64,000 nt of DNA from Dehalococcoidales bacterium (GCA_022865485.1 JALHSZ010000025.1:2865-66864); one strand, 5' to 3'; positions 18,780 through 29,020 are shown, numbered from the stretch's first letter. Numbers and translations are program-made. Notes: generated by a model from the sequence alone, not told the origin.

Positions 18780-20648
18780 CTGAGACTATTAGATAAAATA
18801 AATAGCCCCGCCGACCTAAAAGGGCTGGCAAAAGAAGAGCTGGCGCAACTGGCTGCTGAAATCAGGCAGGAGCTGGTAACTACGGTAAACGCCAACGGAG
18901 GCCACCTCGCCTCCAATCTGGGAGCAGTGGAGCTTACCATCGCCCTACATCGTGTTTTCGACAGCCCTCGCGACAAGATTATCTGGGATGTGGGGCACCA
19001 GAGCTACGTTCACAAGTTGCTCACCGGCCGGAGGGAGCGTTTTAGCACTATCCGCCAGTACGGTGGCCTATCCGGTTTCACCAACCGCAGCGAAAGCGAA
19101 CATGACCCCTTTGGCGCCGGCCACGCCAGCACCTCGATTTCCGCTGCCCTGGGCATGGCTGTCGCCCGTGACCTTGCCAACGATGACTACAATGTCGTGG
19201 CTATTATCGGTGACGGGGCTATAACCGGGGGCATGGCTCTCGAGGCTTTAAACCAGGTAGGCCACCTGGGCTCCCGGGTTTGCGTGGTGCTCAATGATAA
19301 CGGTATGTCGATTTCGCCCACCGTCGGCTCCATAGCCAAGCTTCTGAGCCGAATACGCTTTGACTACCGTTACCGCTGGGCGGAGGAGGAGAGCCGGAAG
19401 GTAATATCGTTTTTCCCCTGGGGCAGAAAGCTGTGGCAGGCGAGCCAGCGGCTCATAAGAGGCTTCCGGGGCTTGATTATCCCCACCGTGCTCTGGGAAG
19501 AGCTCGGCTTCGCCTACATGGGACCCATCGACGGGCATAACATCGCCGAGCTGGAAAAGGCTTTGGCTCGAGCACGAGACTACCGCACCGAGCCGACCCT
19601 TATTCACGTTATCACCACCAAGGGCAAGGGCTATCTACCCGCCGAGGGCGATGCCGTCTACTTTCACGGCGTGCCGGCTCAGGGCGCCCCCGCCAAGGCG
19701 ATACCCAGCTATAGCGAGGTGTTCGCCCAGACCGTGCTGCGCCTGGCAAAGGAAAATCCCCGGCTGGTGGTGGTCACCCCGGCCATGCCTGAGGGTAATT
19801 GCCTCAGCATAGTTGAGGCTGATTTCCCCAAGAGGGTCTTTGACGTGGGCATCTGCGAACAGCACGCCGTTACCTTTGCCGCTGGGCTGGCGACACAGGG
19901 CTTCAAGCCTATCGTGGCAATATACTCCACCTTCCTGCAGCGCGCCTTCGACCAGGTAATACACGATGTCTGCCTCCAGGACCTGCCCGTTATATTCGCT
20001 ATTGACCGCAGCGGCATTGTCGGCGACGACGGCAAGACCCACCAGGGGACATTCGATATCTCCTATCTAATGCTCATCCCCAATTTGATAATCGCCGCCC
20101 CCAAGGACGAGAACGAACTCCAGCACCTGCTCTACACCGCGATGAAGACAAATCACCCCATGGCAATAAGATACCCTCGAGGCTCCGGGGTAGGGGTGGA
20201 TTTAGAGCCGACGCTTCACGAGCTTCCCATCGGCAAAGGGGAAATATTAAGGGATGGCGAAGATGTCGCCATACTAGCTATCGGCAATATGGTAACACCA
20301 GCGCTCGAAGCAGCCGCCGAGCTGGCAAAACAGGGCATCGAGGCGACGGTGGTTAACGCCCGCTTCGCCAAACCGCTGGACTCCGAGCTTATTATAGACA
20401 TAGCCAGCCATATCAAGCGACTGGTCACAATTGAAGAGAATGCCATCAGCGGTGGTTTCGGCAATGGCGTCGTTGAGCTGCTGCAGCAATCAGGCATCAG
20501 CGATATTAAGGTAAAAAGCATCGGCATCCCTGACGAGTTTGTCGAGCAGGGCAGCCAGGCTATCCTCCGTGCCAAATACGGGCTTGATGCCGAAGGAATA
20601 GCCAAGCAAGTTTTAGGACTACTTCCCAGCTATCAGTACCGGAGATAA
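18780..20648 (+). CDS. dxs: 1-deoxy-D-xylulose-5-phosphate synthase; the start codon is uncertain and appears non-canonical
   Basis: Contains GHLASNLGAVELTIALH, DVGHQSYVHKLLTGRR and GDGAITGGMA. The conserved N-terminus (LLDKINSPADLK) extends upstream of the first ATG/GTG/TTG, which is at 18927. The 5' boundary is set provisionally at CTG 18780. Confidence 0.85.
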   Translation: MRLLDKINSPADLKGLAKEELAQLAAEIRQELVTTVNANGGHLASNLGAVELTIALHRVFDSPRDKIIWDVGHQSYVHKLLTGRRERFSTIRQYGGLSGFTNRSESEHDPFGAGHASTSISAALGMAVARDLANDDYNVVAIIGDGAITGGMALEALNQVGHLGSRVCVVLNDNGMSISPTVGSIAKLLSRIRFDYRYRWAEEESRKVISFFPWGRKLWQASQRLIRGFRGLIIPTVLWEELGFAYMGPIDGHNIAELEKALARARDYRTEPTLIHVITTKGKGYLPAEGDAVYFHGVPAQGAPAKAIPSYSEVFAQTVLRLAKENPRLVVVTPAMPEGNCLSIVEADFPKRVFDVGICEQHAVTFAAGLATQGFKPIVAIYSTFLQRAFDQVIHDVCLQDLPVIFAIDRSGIVGDDGKTHQGTFDISYLMLIPNLIIAAPKDENELQHLLYTAMKTNHPMAIRYPRGSGVGVDLEPTLHELPIGKGEILRDGEDVAILAIGNMVTPALEAAAELAKQGIEATVVNARFAKPLDSELIIDIASHIKRLVTIEENAISGGFGNGVVELLQQSGISDIKVKSIGIPDEFVEQGSQAILRAKYGLDAEGIAKQVLGLLPSYQYRR

Positions 20649-20677
20649 AGCTTTGCTTATAAACAAAAGCCAGGCTG

Positions 20678-20718
20678 AAAACATCAGGTGCCAGCTTAAA
20701 CACCTGATGTTTGTTTTT
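20678..20718 (+). terminator. Rho-independent terminator after dxs
   Basis: AACATCAGGTG, a 10-nt loop, CACCTGATGTT, then TGTTTTT. Confidence 0.7.
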
Positions 20719-20739
20719 AACTACGGATAGGGAGAAGGC

Positions 20740-21933
20740 ATGAATAAACTGACCATCAGGGACGTAGATGTCGCCGGCAAGAGGGTCCTGGTCAGGGCTG
20801 ATTTCAATGTACCCTTGAGCGGAACGAACGGGGTCATCACCGATGACAGCCGTATCCAGGCGACGCTGCCCACTATCAAATATCTTACCGAGCGGGGAGC
20901 CAGGGTTATCCTGTGCTCTCATCTGGGCCGCCCCAAGGGTAAGGTGGTGGAAAAGCTAAGGCTGACTACCATCGCCCAGCGCCTGTCACAGATTTTAGGG
21001 CAGAAAGTGATAGTGGCTAACGACGGCATCGGCCCCGAAGTCGATAAGGCAGTGGCAGCATTAAAACCGGGCGACGTCCTGCTCCTGGAGAATATCCGCT
21101 TCCACCCCCAGGAAGAAGCCAACGACACCGGCTTCGCCCAAACTCTGGCGCGCCTGGCTGATATCTATGTAAACGACGCCTTCGGCGCCTGTCATCGCTC
21201 CCATGCCTCCATAGTGGGCATCGCCCGTTACCTGCCAGCGGTAGCCGGGTTGCTCGTGGAGAAGGAAATTGAGGTACTGGAGGGGCTTTTAGCCAACCCC
21301 AGCCGCCCCTTCGCCGAGCTTGCAGGCGGCGCCAAGGTCAGTGATAAAATAAAAGCGTTGGAAAACACAATGGATAAGGTAGACTGTCTACTCATTGGCG
21401 GCGGTATGGCGGCTACCTTCTTAAAGGCTAAAGGCTATGAGGTCGGGTTATCTCTGGTGGAAAACGACAAGCTGGACCTTGCCACCAAGCTGATGCAGCG
21501 AGCCGCTGAGCGGAAACTGCCCCTGATTCTACCCGTCGACGTGGTAGCTGCCGCTGAATTGAGCGCCGAAACCGAGTATAATGTAGTAGCGGTGGAGAAA
21601 ATACCGCCGCAGTGGAGAATCGTGGATATCGGTCCCAAGACCATTGATAGTTTTTCCGAAGAATTACGCCGCTGCCAGACAATCTTCTGGAATGGGCCTA
21701 TGGGCGTATGCGAAATAGCCCAATTCGCTCGGGGCACGCAGGCTATGGCTAAACTCTTAGCCGGACTTGAGGCGACAACCATTATCGGAGGCGGCTCTAC
21801 CGCCGAGGTAGTAACCGAGCTGAAACTGGCCGACAAGATGACCTTCGTCTCTACCGGGGGTGGGGCTTCAATCCGTTTTTTGAGCGGCGAAAAACTGCCC
21901 GGTGTCGAGGCATTACTCAACAGGGAGGGCTAA
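20740..21933 (+). CDS. pgk: Phosphoglycerate kinase
   Basis: Contains RADFNVPL and SHLGRPKG, has the C-terminal GGGAS motif, and is 397 aa. Confidence 0.95.
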   Translation: MNKLTIRDVDVAGKRVLVRADFNVPLSGTNGVITDDSRIQATLPTIKYLTERGARVILCSHLGRPKGKVVEKLRLTTIAQRLSQILGQKVIVANDGIGPEVDKAVAALKPGDVLLLENIRFHPQEEANDTGFAQTLARLADIYVNDAFGACHRSHASIVGIARYLPAVAGLLVEKEIEVLEGLLANPSRPFAELAGGAKVSDKIKALENTMDKVDCLLIGGGMAATFLKAKGYEVGLSLVENDKLDLATKLMQRAAERKLPLILPVDVVAAAELSAETEYNVVAVEKIPPQWRIVDIGPKTIDSFSEELRRCQTIFWNGPMGVCEIAQFARGTQAMAKLLAGLEATTIIGGGSTAEVVTELKLADKMTFVSTGGGASIRFLSGEKLPGVEALLNREG

Positions 21934-21938
21934 CTACA

Positions 21939-23144
21939 ATGGATAGTTTAGAGCTAATCAGGGGACTGGCCCGCCCCTCATCCACCCGTATTGTGCTGCT
22001 GGTCATTGACGGCCTGGGCGGGCTGCCCCACCCCAAGACGGGCAAGACCGAACTGGAGACAGCCAAAACCCCCAACCTAGATAAGCTAGCCGCCGCGGGT
22101 ATATGCGGCATGATTGACCCCATAAGCCCGGGGATAACTCCGGGCAGCACTCCGGGTCACCTGGCGCTATTCGGCTACGACCCGGTCAAATTCAACATCG
22201 GGCGGGGGGTGGTGGAGGCACTAGGCATTGATTTCGACCTCAAGCCGGGTGATATAGCCGCCCGGGGCAATTTCTGTACCGTAGATAAAGACGGACTAAT
22301 CACTGACCGCAGGGCGGGGCGCATCTCCACCGCGAAGTGCGCCGAACTGTGCCAGTTGCTCAGTGGACTGGTTATAGACAAGGTCAAGCTCTCCATCCTG
22401 CCCGTCAGGGAACACCGCTTTGTCATCATCTTTCAGGGGAAGGACTTAGCTCCCGATGTCAGCGACTCCGACCCCCAGCAGACGAGCGTGGCGCCAAAAG
22501 CGGTTACCGCCCTGAACCCAAAGGCTGACCTGATGGCGGTAGTAGCAAATAAGTTCGTGGAACAGGCCAGGGCTATACTAGCCAAGCATCACCCCGCCAA
22601 TATGCTCCTGCTGCGCGGCTTCTCCCAACGCCCTCATCTCCCCACCATGCCCGAGATTTACCGCTTAAAGCCCGCTGCAATTGCCGCCTACCCTATGTAC
22701 CGCGGGCTGGCTAAGCTGGTCGGTATGCAGGTTTTGGATACAGGCGCGACTATCGCCGAGGAAATGGCAACCCTGAAAGAGAACTATAGCGCCTACGACT
22801 TCTTCTTCCTGCATATAAAAAAGACCGATTCCGCTGGTGAGGACGGCGACTTCGAGCGCAAGGTCAAACTCATCGAAGAGGCGGATAAGTCTCTACCCGC
22901 TCTGACCGACCTCAAACCCGAGGTCATCGTGGTCACTGGCGACCACTCCACGCCTGCCACATTCAAGGGCCATAGCTGGCACCCGCTGCCGGTCGTCCTT
23001 CACTCAAGATGGTGCCGCCCCGATAGGGTAGGCGAGTTCTCCGAATCAGCCTGCATTTCAGGGGGATTGGGCCGTTTCCCCGCCACTCAGATTATGCCCT
23101 TAGCCATGGCTCACGCTCTAAAACTGGCTAAATTTGGCGCTTAA
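21939..23144 (+). CDS. apgM: Cofactor-independent phosphoglycerate mutase, archaeal (ApgM) type
   Basis: Contains LLVIDGLGG, TPNLD and VTGDHSTP, is about 400 aa, and lies between pgk and tpiA. Confidence 0.8.
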   Translation: MDSLELIRGLARPSSTRIVLLVIDGLGGLPHPKTGKTELETAKTPNLDKLAAAGICGMIDPISPGITPGSTPGHLALFGYDPVKFNIGRGVVEALGIDFDLKPGDIAARGNFCTVDKDGLITDRRAGRISTAKCAELCQLLSGLVIDKVKLSILPVREHRFVIIFQGKDLAPDVSDSDPQQTSVAPKAVTALNPKADLMAVVANKFVEQARAILAKHHPANMLLLRGFSQRPHLPTMPEIYRLKPAAIAAYPMYRGLAKLVGMQVLDTGATIAEEMATLKENYSAYDFFFLHIKKTDSAGEDGDFERKVKLIEEADKSLPALTDLKPEVIVVTGDHSTPATFKGHSWHPLPVVLHSRWCRPDRVGEFSESACISGGLGRFPATQIMPLAMAHALKLAKFGA

Positions 23145-23155
23145 GGGGGTGCAAG

Positions 23156-23920
23156 ATGCGCGTACCGATGATTGCCGGTAACTGGAAGATGCATACCACG
23201 GTCGGGGAAGCTATCGAGCTGGTCATCAAGATGCGCTTCGAGCTCGACCGCATCGATAATATGGATAAGGTAATATGTCCCCCCTTTGTCTCCCTGGAGG
23301 CCATCAAAAAGCGGCTTGAGGGGAGCACGATAAAGCTGGGAGCGCAGGACCTCCACTATGAGGAAAAGGGGGCATTTACCGGGGAAATTTCGCCGCAGAT
23401 GGTGGCTGACCTCTGCGACTATGTCATAGTCGGCCACTCCGAGCGCCGGCAGTACTTCAACGAGACCATAGACATTGTAGATAAAAAGGTCAAGGCGGCA
23501 CTGAAGGTGGGGCTGAAGCCAATCCTTTGTATCGGCGAAACCCCGGAGGAAAATAAGGCGGGCAAGACAGAAGAAGTGCTAACTAGGCAGCTAAGCTCGC
23601 CCTCAGTCCGTTTATATCTCCTCGGCGGCATGGTTATAGCCTATGAGCCCATCTGGGCTATCGGTACCGGCCGTCCTGCCACTGGCGAACAGGCGAATAA
23701 GACCATCGGCTTTATCCGTCAGTACGTCGCCGAAGAACAGGGCAAGGGCATTGCCCAGGACGTGCGCATACTCTATGGCGGCAGCGTCACCGCCGAAAAT
23801 ATCGCCGAGTTCGTAAAGCAGCCCGAGATTGACGGTGCCCTGGTCGGCGGAGCCAGTCTTAAAGCCAGCGAGTTCTTAAGCATAGTCAAACAGACCGCGG
23901 AGATTAAGGGGGCAAAATGA
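23156..23920 (+). CDS. tpiA: Triosephosphate isomerase
   Basis: Contains AGNWKMH, VGHSERR, AYEPIWAIGTG and GGASL. Confidence 0.95.
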   Translation: MRVPMIAGNWKMHTTVGEAIELVIKMRFELDRIDNMDKVICPPFVSLEAIKKRLEGSTIKLGAQDLHYEEKGAFTGEISPQMVADLCDYVIVGHSERRQYFNETIDIVDKKVKAALKVGLKPILCIGETPEENKAGKTEEVLTRQLSSPSVRLYLLGGMVIAYEPIWAIGTGRPATGEQANKTIGFIRQYVAEEQGKGIAQDVRILYGGSVTAENIAEFVKQPEIDGALVGGASLKASEFLSIVKQTAEIKGAK

Positions 23921-24843
23921 ACCATCTGCTCGGTATAGTCGGTCCCACCGGTGTCGGCAAGAGCCAGTTTGGCATTCAGCTGGCGCAGACTTACGGTGGA
24001 GAGATAGTCAATGCCGACAGCCGTCAGGTTTACCGTTATATGGATATCGGCACCGCCAAACCCACCCCTCAGGAGCGAGCTATCGTTCCCCATCACGTTC
24101 TTGATGTCGTCAGCCCCAACGAAAACTTCAGCCTGGCTCAATACCAGCAGCTGGCCGTCAGGGCTATCGAAGACATCCAGCAGCGCGATAAGCTGCCCAT
24201 AGTGGTCGGCGGTAGCGGCCAGTACGTCTGGTCGGTGCTGGAAGGCTGGGGAATACCGCAGGTAGCCCCTAACCCCGAGTTCCGGCAGAGTCTGCAGGAA
24301 CGAGCTGACATGGGGGAAGGCGACACACTCCATGAAGAGCTTAGCGCCGTCGACCCCTTGGCGGCGCAGAGAATCGATCCCCGCAACGTGCGCCGCACCA
24401 TAAGAGCACTCGAGGTATTCACCGAGACCGAGACCCCCTTTTCCCAGCTTCAACGTAAAGAGGCGCCGTCGTTCAACATCTTCGTTATCGGCTTGACCGC
24501 CGACAGGGAAGAGCTCTACCGCCGCATTAACCTGAGAGTGGAGAGGATGATAGAGCAGGGTCTGGTCGACGAGGTCAAGCGGATTGTGAGCCGTGGCTTC
24601 GACTTTAATATGCCGGCCCTGTCGAGCATAGGCTACCGGCAGATCGGTCAGTTTCTCAGGGGCGAGTTGACCCTGCCCGGCGCTATCCAGCAAATGAAGT
24701 TCGAGACCCACCGTTTCGCCCGCCAGCAATACACCTGGTTCCGGCTGGAGGACACCAGAATACACTGGTTCGATATACAGAGAACGGCTGCTTCCGAGCT
24801 AATGGGGCCACTGAAAAAGTTCTTGAGAGGCAGCAACGAATGA
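23917..24843 (+). CDS. miaA: tRNA dimethylallyltransferase
   Basis: Contains GPTGVGKS, NADSRQVYRYMDIGTAKP and VGGSGQY. Confidence 0.9.
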   Translation: MNHLLGIVGPTGVGKSQFGIQLAQTYGGEIVNADSRQVYRYMDIGTAKPTPQERAIVPHHVLDVVSPNENFSLAQYQQLAVRAIEDIQQRDKLPIVVGGSGQYVWSVLEGWGIPQVAPNPEFRQSLQERADMGEGDTLHEELSAVDPLAAQRIDPRNVRRTIRALEVFTETETPFSQLQRKEAPSFNIFVIGLTADREELYRRINLRVERMIEQGLVDEVKRIVSRGFDFNMPALSSIGYRQIGQFLRGELTLPGAIQQMKFETHRFARQQYTWFRLEDTRIHWFDIQRTAASELMGPLKKFLRGSNE

Positions 24844-25697
24844 ATTTCACCAAGCTCCAGGGCGCCGGCAACGATTTTTTACTGGTAGAGGCTGATAAAA
24901 AGCAGCTTAACTGGTCAAAGCTGGCAGTCGCTATGTGCCATCGCCACTTCGGTATCGGCGCCGACGGCTTGCTGTTGCTGTCTGCTGATAAAGCCGACCT
25001 CAGGATGCGTGTCTTTAACCCCGACGGCTCCGAGGCTGAGGCTTGCGGCAACGGCTTAAGATGCCTAGTCAAATACGCCCTGGACAAGGGGCTGGGTGAC
25101 AGCCCAAAAGCCGAAATATCGGTGGTAACGAAAGCAGGGACAAGAAAAGCCAGGCTGCACATCAAGGGTAAAAAAACCATTATTCAGGTAGGGATGGGCG
25201 AGCCGAAATTCAGCGCCAGAGATATACCAATAGCGCTGGAGGCCAAGCCAGCCGAGCCGATATTAGACTACCCCCTCACGCTAGACGGCAGAAAGCTGGC
25301 TTTGAGCTTAGTTTCTATGGGCAACCCCCACGCCGTCTATTTCGGGCACTCGTCCGTGGCTGACTTCCCCCTGTCACAGATAGGCCCCAAAGTGGAACGG
25401 CACCCCATGTTCCCCAAACGGACGAACTTCGAGGTCGCCCGGGTGCTCGGCCAAAAGCAGATAGAGGCGCGGGTCTGGGAGAGGGGGGTGGGGGAGACAC
25501 TGGCTTGCGGCAGCGGCGCCTGCGCCATAGCTGTCTTAGCCAAACTACAAGGTTATACCGATAGTAAGGTTGATATAAAACTGCCGGGGGGAACTTTAGG
25601 CGTGGAGTGGGACGGAGTTGGGGAAGTATTCCTCAGCGGTCCTGCCGAAATTGTATTTAGGGGAGAGTGGCCAGATGAGAATATCGCGACGGATTGA
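24840..25697 (+). CDS. dapF: Diaminopimelate epimerase
   Basis: Contains KLQGAGNDF, NPDGSEAEACGNG and ACGSGA. Confidence 0.9.
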   Translation: MNFTKLQGAGNDFLLVEADKKQLNWSKLAVAMCHRHFGIGADGLLLLSADKADLRMRVFNPDGSEAEACGNGLRCLVKYALDKGLGDSPKAEISVVTKAGTRKARLHIKGKKTIIQVGMGEPKFSARDIPIALEAKPAEPILDYPLTLDGRKLALSLVSMGNPHAVYFGHSSVADFPLSQIGPKVERHPMFPKRTNFEVARVLGQKQIEARVWERGVGETLACGSGACAIAVLAKLQGYTDSKVDIKLPGGTLGVEWDGVGEVFLSGPAEIVFRGEWPDENIATD

Positions 25698-26871
25698 GAG
25701 CTTACCGCCCTATCTTTTTGCCCAAATAAGCCGGAAAATCGCCGAGAAAAAGGCTAAGGGTGAAGATATAGTCAACTTCGGCATCGGCGACCCCGATATC
25801 CCCACCCCACCCCCCATAATCGACAGGCTGTGTAAGGCAGCCAAAGACCCGGCTAATCACCGCTACCCTGAAAGCGAGGGCTTACCCGAACTGCGCCAGG
25901 CCATAGCCGTCTGGTACAAGAAGCGCTTTGATATCGACCTCGACCCCGACAAAGAGGTATTACCCCTCATCGGCGCCAAGGAGGGCATTTTCCACATCGC
26001 CTTCTGCTTCATCGACTACCGGGATGTCGCCCTGGTGCCCGACCCATCCTACCCCGTCTATTCCATCAGCACCACGCTGGCCAGCGGCTCTCCTTACTAT
26101 CTGCCCCTCACCGAAGAAAACAACTTCCTGCCCGACCTTGACGCCGTGCCCGCCTATATCCTCAAGAACGCTAAACTGCTCTGGCTCAACTACCCCAACA
26201 ACCCCACCGGTGCCGTAGCTGACCTCGACTTCTTCAATCGGGCAGTGGCATTTGCCAGGCGTAATAACCTGGCTATCTGCCATGACGGGCCCTATTCCGA
26301 GGTTACCTTCGACGGCTACAAACCAGATAGCTTTATGCAGGCAGAGGGAGCTAAAGAGATAGGCGTGGAGTTTCACTCTCTCTCCAAAACATACAATATG
26401 ACCGGCTGGAGGATAGGCATGGTGGTGGGCAACGCCGTTATGATAGACGCGCTCAAGAGACTTAAATCCAACATAGATTCAGGCATCCCCCAGGCTATTC
26501 AATATGCCGCCATCGAGGCTTTAAGTGGGCCCCAGGACTGCATCCAGGAGCACAACGCCATCTACCAGAGGCGCCGCGACCTGGTCATTGAGGTCTTGAA
26601 TAATATAGGACTGAAAGCCCAGACGCCCAAGGCAGGCCTCTATATATGGGCTAAGGTACCCAAAGGCTATAGTTCGGTGGAGTTCGCTACCGACCTGCTG
26701 GAGAGAGTAGGGGTGGTGGTCACCCCGGGCACGGGCTACGGCAAGAACGGTGAGGGTTACATACGGCTTTCACTAACCATCCCCGACGCTGCGCTGGTGA
26801 AAGGACTGTCCAAGCTTTCCAACTGGCGCGACAGCCGGAGAAGGCTAAAGCAGGGAGTGGACTTTACATAA
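25675..26871 (+). CDS. dapL: LL-diaminopimelate aminotransferase (DapL-type class I aminotransferase)
   Basis: Contains LPPYLFAQI, GIGDPD, NYPNNPTG and SLSKTYNMTGWRIG. I moved the start to ATG 25675, which overlaps the dapF end. Confidence 0.8.
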   Translation: MRISRRIESLPPYLFAQISRKIAEKKAKGEDIVNFGIGDPDIPTPPPIIDRLCKAAKDPANHRYPESEGLPELRQAIAVWYKKRFDIDLDPDKEVLPLIGAKEGIFHIAFCFIDYRDVALVPDPSYPVYSISTTLASGSPYYLPLTEENNFLPDLDAVPAYILKNAKLLWLNYPNNPTGAVADLDFFNRAVAFARRNNLAICHDGPYSEVTFDGYKPDSFMQAEGAKEIGVEFHSLSKTYNMTGWRIGMVVGNAVMIDALKRLKSNIDSGIPQAIQYAAIEALSGPQDCIQEHNAIYQRRRDLVIEVLNNIGLKAQTPKAGLYIWAKVPKGYSSVEFATDLLERVGVVVTPGTGYGKNGEGYIRLSLTIPDAALVKGLSKLSNWRDSRRRLKQGVDFT

Positions 26872-26889
26872 TGTTAAGGAGTTCTGCCT

Positions 26890-28080
26890 ATTAAAACCCC
26901 AATCGTTACCCGTCCGTCGCCGGAGCGGGCGTTCCTGGTCGCTGTAGCCAGTAAAGGCGGCGCTGACCGCTGGTCAGCGGAGGATTCCATCGACGAGCTG
27001 GCTCAGCTGGCGGGTACGGCTGGAGCGCGGGTGGCGGGAAAGCTCATACAGCGCCTGCCCTGGCCGGCCAAAACTCACTACCTGGGTAAGGGTAAGCTGG
27101 AAGAGCTGATAGCGCTCAAAGGCAGCCTCAACTATACCGTAGCCATCTTTGACGATGAACTCACGCCGCTCCAGCAGCGCAACCTGGAAGAAGCCCTCAA
27201 GGTAAAGGTCATCGACCGCGTAGCCCTGATTCTGGATATCTTCGCCCGCAGGGCACACACCCGCGAAGGGCAGCTTCAGGTCGAACTGGCGCAACACCAG
27301 TATCTTTTACCGCGCCTGGCCGGGCAGTGGAGACACCTGGAAAGGCTGGGGGGCGGTATCGGCACCAGGGGCCCCGGTGAAACGCAGCTGGAAACAGACA
27401 GGCGCCTTATTCAGCGCAAGATACACCACCTCAAAGCGCAGATCGATGACCTCAGAAAGCACCGACAGCTTTACCGCCAGCAGCGCCGCAAGAGCGGCAT
27501 CCCCGTGGTCGCCCTGGTCGGCTACACCAATACTGGCAAAAGCACCTTGCTCAACGCCCTCAGCCACGCCGATGTCTTTGTCGAGGACAAGCTTTTCGCC
27601 ACCCTGGACCCCACCACCCGCCGCCTGACCCTCCCTGACAAAAGTTCGGTTCTGTTGACCGATACCGTCGGCTTTATCCGCAAATTGCCTCCCACCATTG
27701 TCACCGCCTTCAAGGCAACCCTGGAAGAGCTTGACGAAGCCAACCTGCTGCTCCATATCGTTGACCTGACCAGCCACAATGCCCCGGAGCAATGCCAGAC
27801 GGTGGAGGATATTCTGTCCGACCTTAACCTGAGCGAAAAGCCCCGGATTACGGCGTTGAACAAAATCGACCTGCTGCTGGATAACAGCCGGCGCTGGGAT
27901 GAGAAGTCGGCTCTTGATTATCTTTCCGGCCAGACCAAGGCTGACGAAAACACGGTACTCGTTTCAGCGGTCAAAGGCTGGGGGTTGACCGGGCTTTTGG
28001 AGCTTATCGGTCGCACCTTGAGCCGCACCATGCAGCCCGTCTTAAAACGACGCGCTGAGAGCCAAATTTTAGCCCCTTGA
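26890..28080 (+). CDS. hflX: GTPase HflX; the start is apparently ATT
   Basis: Contains ERAFLVAV, the HflX N-domain, GYTNTGKSTL and DTVGF. The conserved region begins upstream of the first canonical start (GTG 27031). AAGGAG lies 8 nt before ATT 26890. Confidence 0.8.
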   Translation: MKTPIVTRPSPERAFLVAVASKGGADRWSAEDSIDELAQLAGTAGARVAGKLIQRLPWPAKTHYLGKGKLEELIALKGSLNYTVAIFDDELTPLQQRNLEEALKVKVIDRVALILDIFARRAHTREGQLQVELAQHQYLLPRLAGQWRHLERLGGGIGTRGPGETQLETDRRLIQRKIHHLKAQIDDLRKHRQLYRQQRRKSGIPVVALVGYTNTGKSTLLNALSHADVFVEDKLFATLDPTTRRLTLPDKSSVLLTDTVGFIRKLPPTIVTAFKATLEELDEANLLLHIVDLTSHNAPEQCQTVEDILSDLNLSEKPRITALNKIDLLLDNSRRWDEKSALDYLSGQTKADENTVLVSAVKGWGLTGLLELIGRTLSRTMQPVLKRRAESQILAP

Positions 28081-28229
28081 AATTTTGCCTAATGGTTTGA
28101 TACCTTGCAAGCTATATCAGGCAATCTTGGCCCCACGGTGGTTGTCCTTGAGGATATCAGGATTCTCAGCTAACTCGCTTCTTCCGAGGAGGGAGAAAGT
28201 TTTTCCCGAGAAGTGATATAATAAAAAAC

Positions 28230-28871
28230 ATGGCAAGTTTTTGGTCCCCCTTTAAAACTAAAAATTACTGGAGGCAATATGCTATAGCCTTAGTCTTCTT
28301 CTGTATAGCTGTGGTGTTTTTGATTATACTCATGAGAAACACCAATCTGGCTAATGCCATAGTAGCCTTCGGGACATTAATTTTAGCTTTAATTACGACT
28401 TTCAGTATCATTAACGCTAACGACCAGGCAAGACGCGACCGGAGAGAACGCTGGATAAATGAAATTATTGAGTGGGCAATAAATATTATTAACTGGCGTT
28501 CTGAAAACAAAAGCGTCTTCAGAGATATTACAAGCATAAAAAGTCCTGAGGAGCAACGGCTGCACAAATATGCCCACATAATTGAACTAAAAGAGACTCT
28601 TGCCGGAATGCGCGGCAGGAACCAATATGCCGAGAAGATTGCCTTGAAGTTATCTACGAGCTTGCATGTAGCCGTGGAGAAGCTGATAAAAGGCGTAGAG
28701 GAATATATACTGATGCTGGAAACTTGGCTGTACGCTATAGATGCCAATATTGCTCAAGCAGATGATAAAAGCTATGCAAGTAGAGCCAACGCGTCTGAAC
28801 GCCAGGTCGGCGAACTGGCCGACAAGGTAATAGAAGAAGCCGCTAAAATCAAGACCCGGAACATAGGTTAA
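28230..28871 (+). CDS. Hypothetical membrane protein: two N-terminal TM helices plus a helical cytoplasmic domain
   Basis: This is the only long ORF in a visibly AT-rich block. TGaTATAAT ends 7 nt before the ATG, so the mRNA may be leaderless. I recognise no family. Confidence 0.5.
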   Translation: MASFWSPFKTKNYWRQYAIALVFFCIAVVFLIILMRNTNLANAIVAFGTLILALITTFSIINANDQARRDRRERWINEIIEWAINIINWRSENKSVFRDITSIKSPEEQRLHKYAHIIELKETLAGMRGRNQYAEKIALKLSTSLHVAVEKLIKGVEEYILMLETWLYAIDANIAQADDKSYASRANASERQVGELADKVIEEAAKIKTRNIG

Positions 28872-28988
28872 TCCGCTTTTTAGCCTCAACCGCTCCAAGA
28901 AATCCCCCTCAACATATAAGGAAAGAGGGAACTCCTCTTTGCCATTCCAGATAGGGGTTCATTTTACATAATATATGCTGATTTTTCG

Positions 28989-28997
28989 TGGTATAAT
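28989..28997 (+). promoter_or_regulatory. TG-containing -10 element upstream of the 94-aa ORF
   Basis: TG directly abuts TATAAT (TGTATAAT, without the one-nt spacer of the canonical extended -10). It is followed by an AAAGGAGG SD motif and ATG 29021. Confidence 0.45.
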
Positions 28998-29020
28998 GAT
29001 GCGCAAAGGAGGAAGATAGC

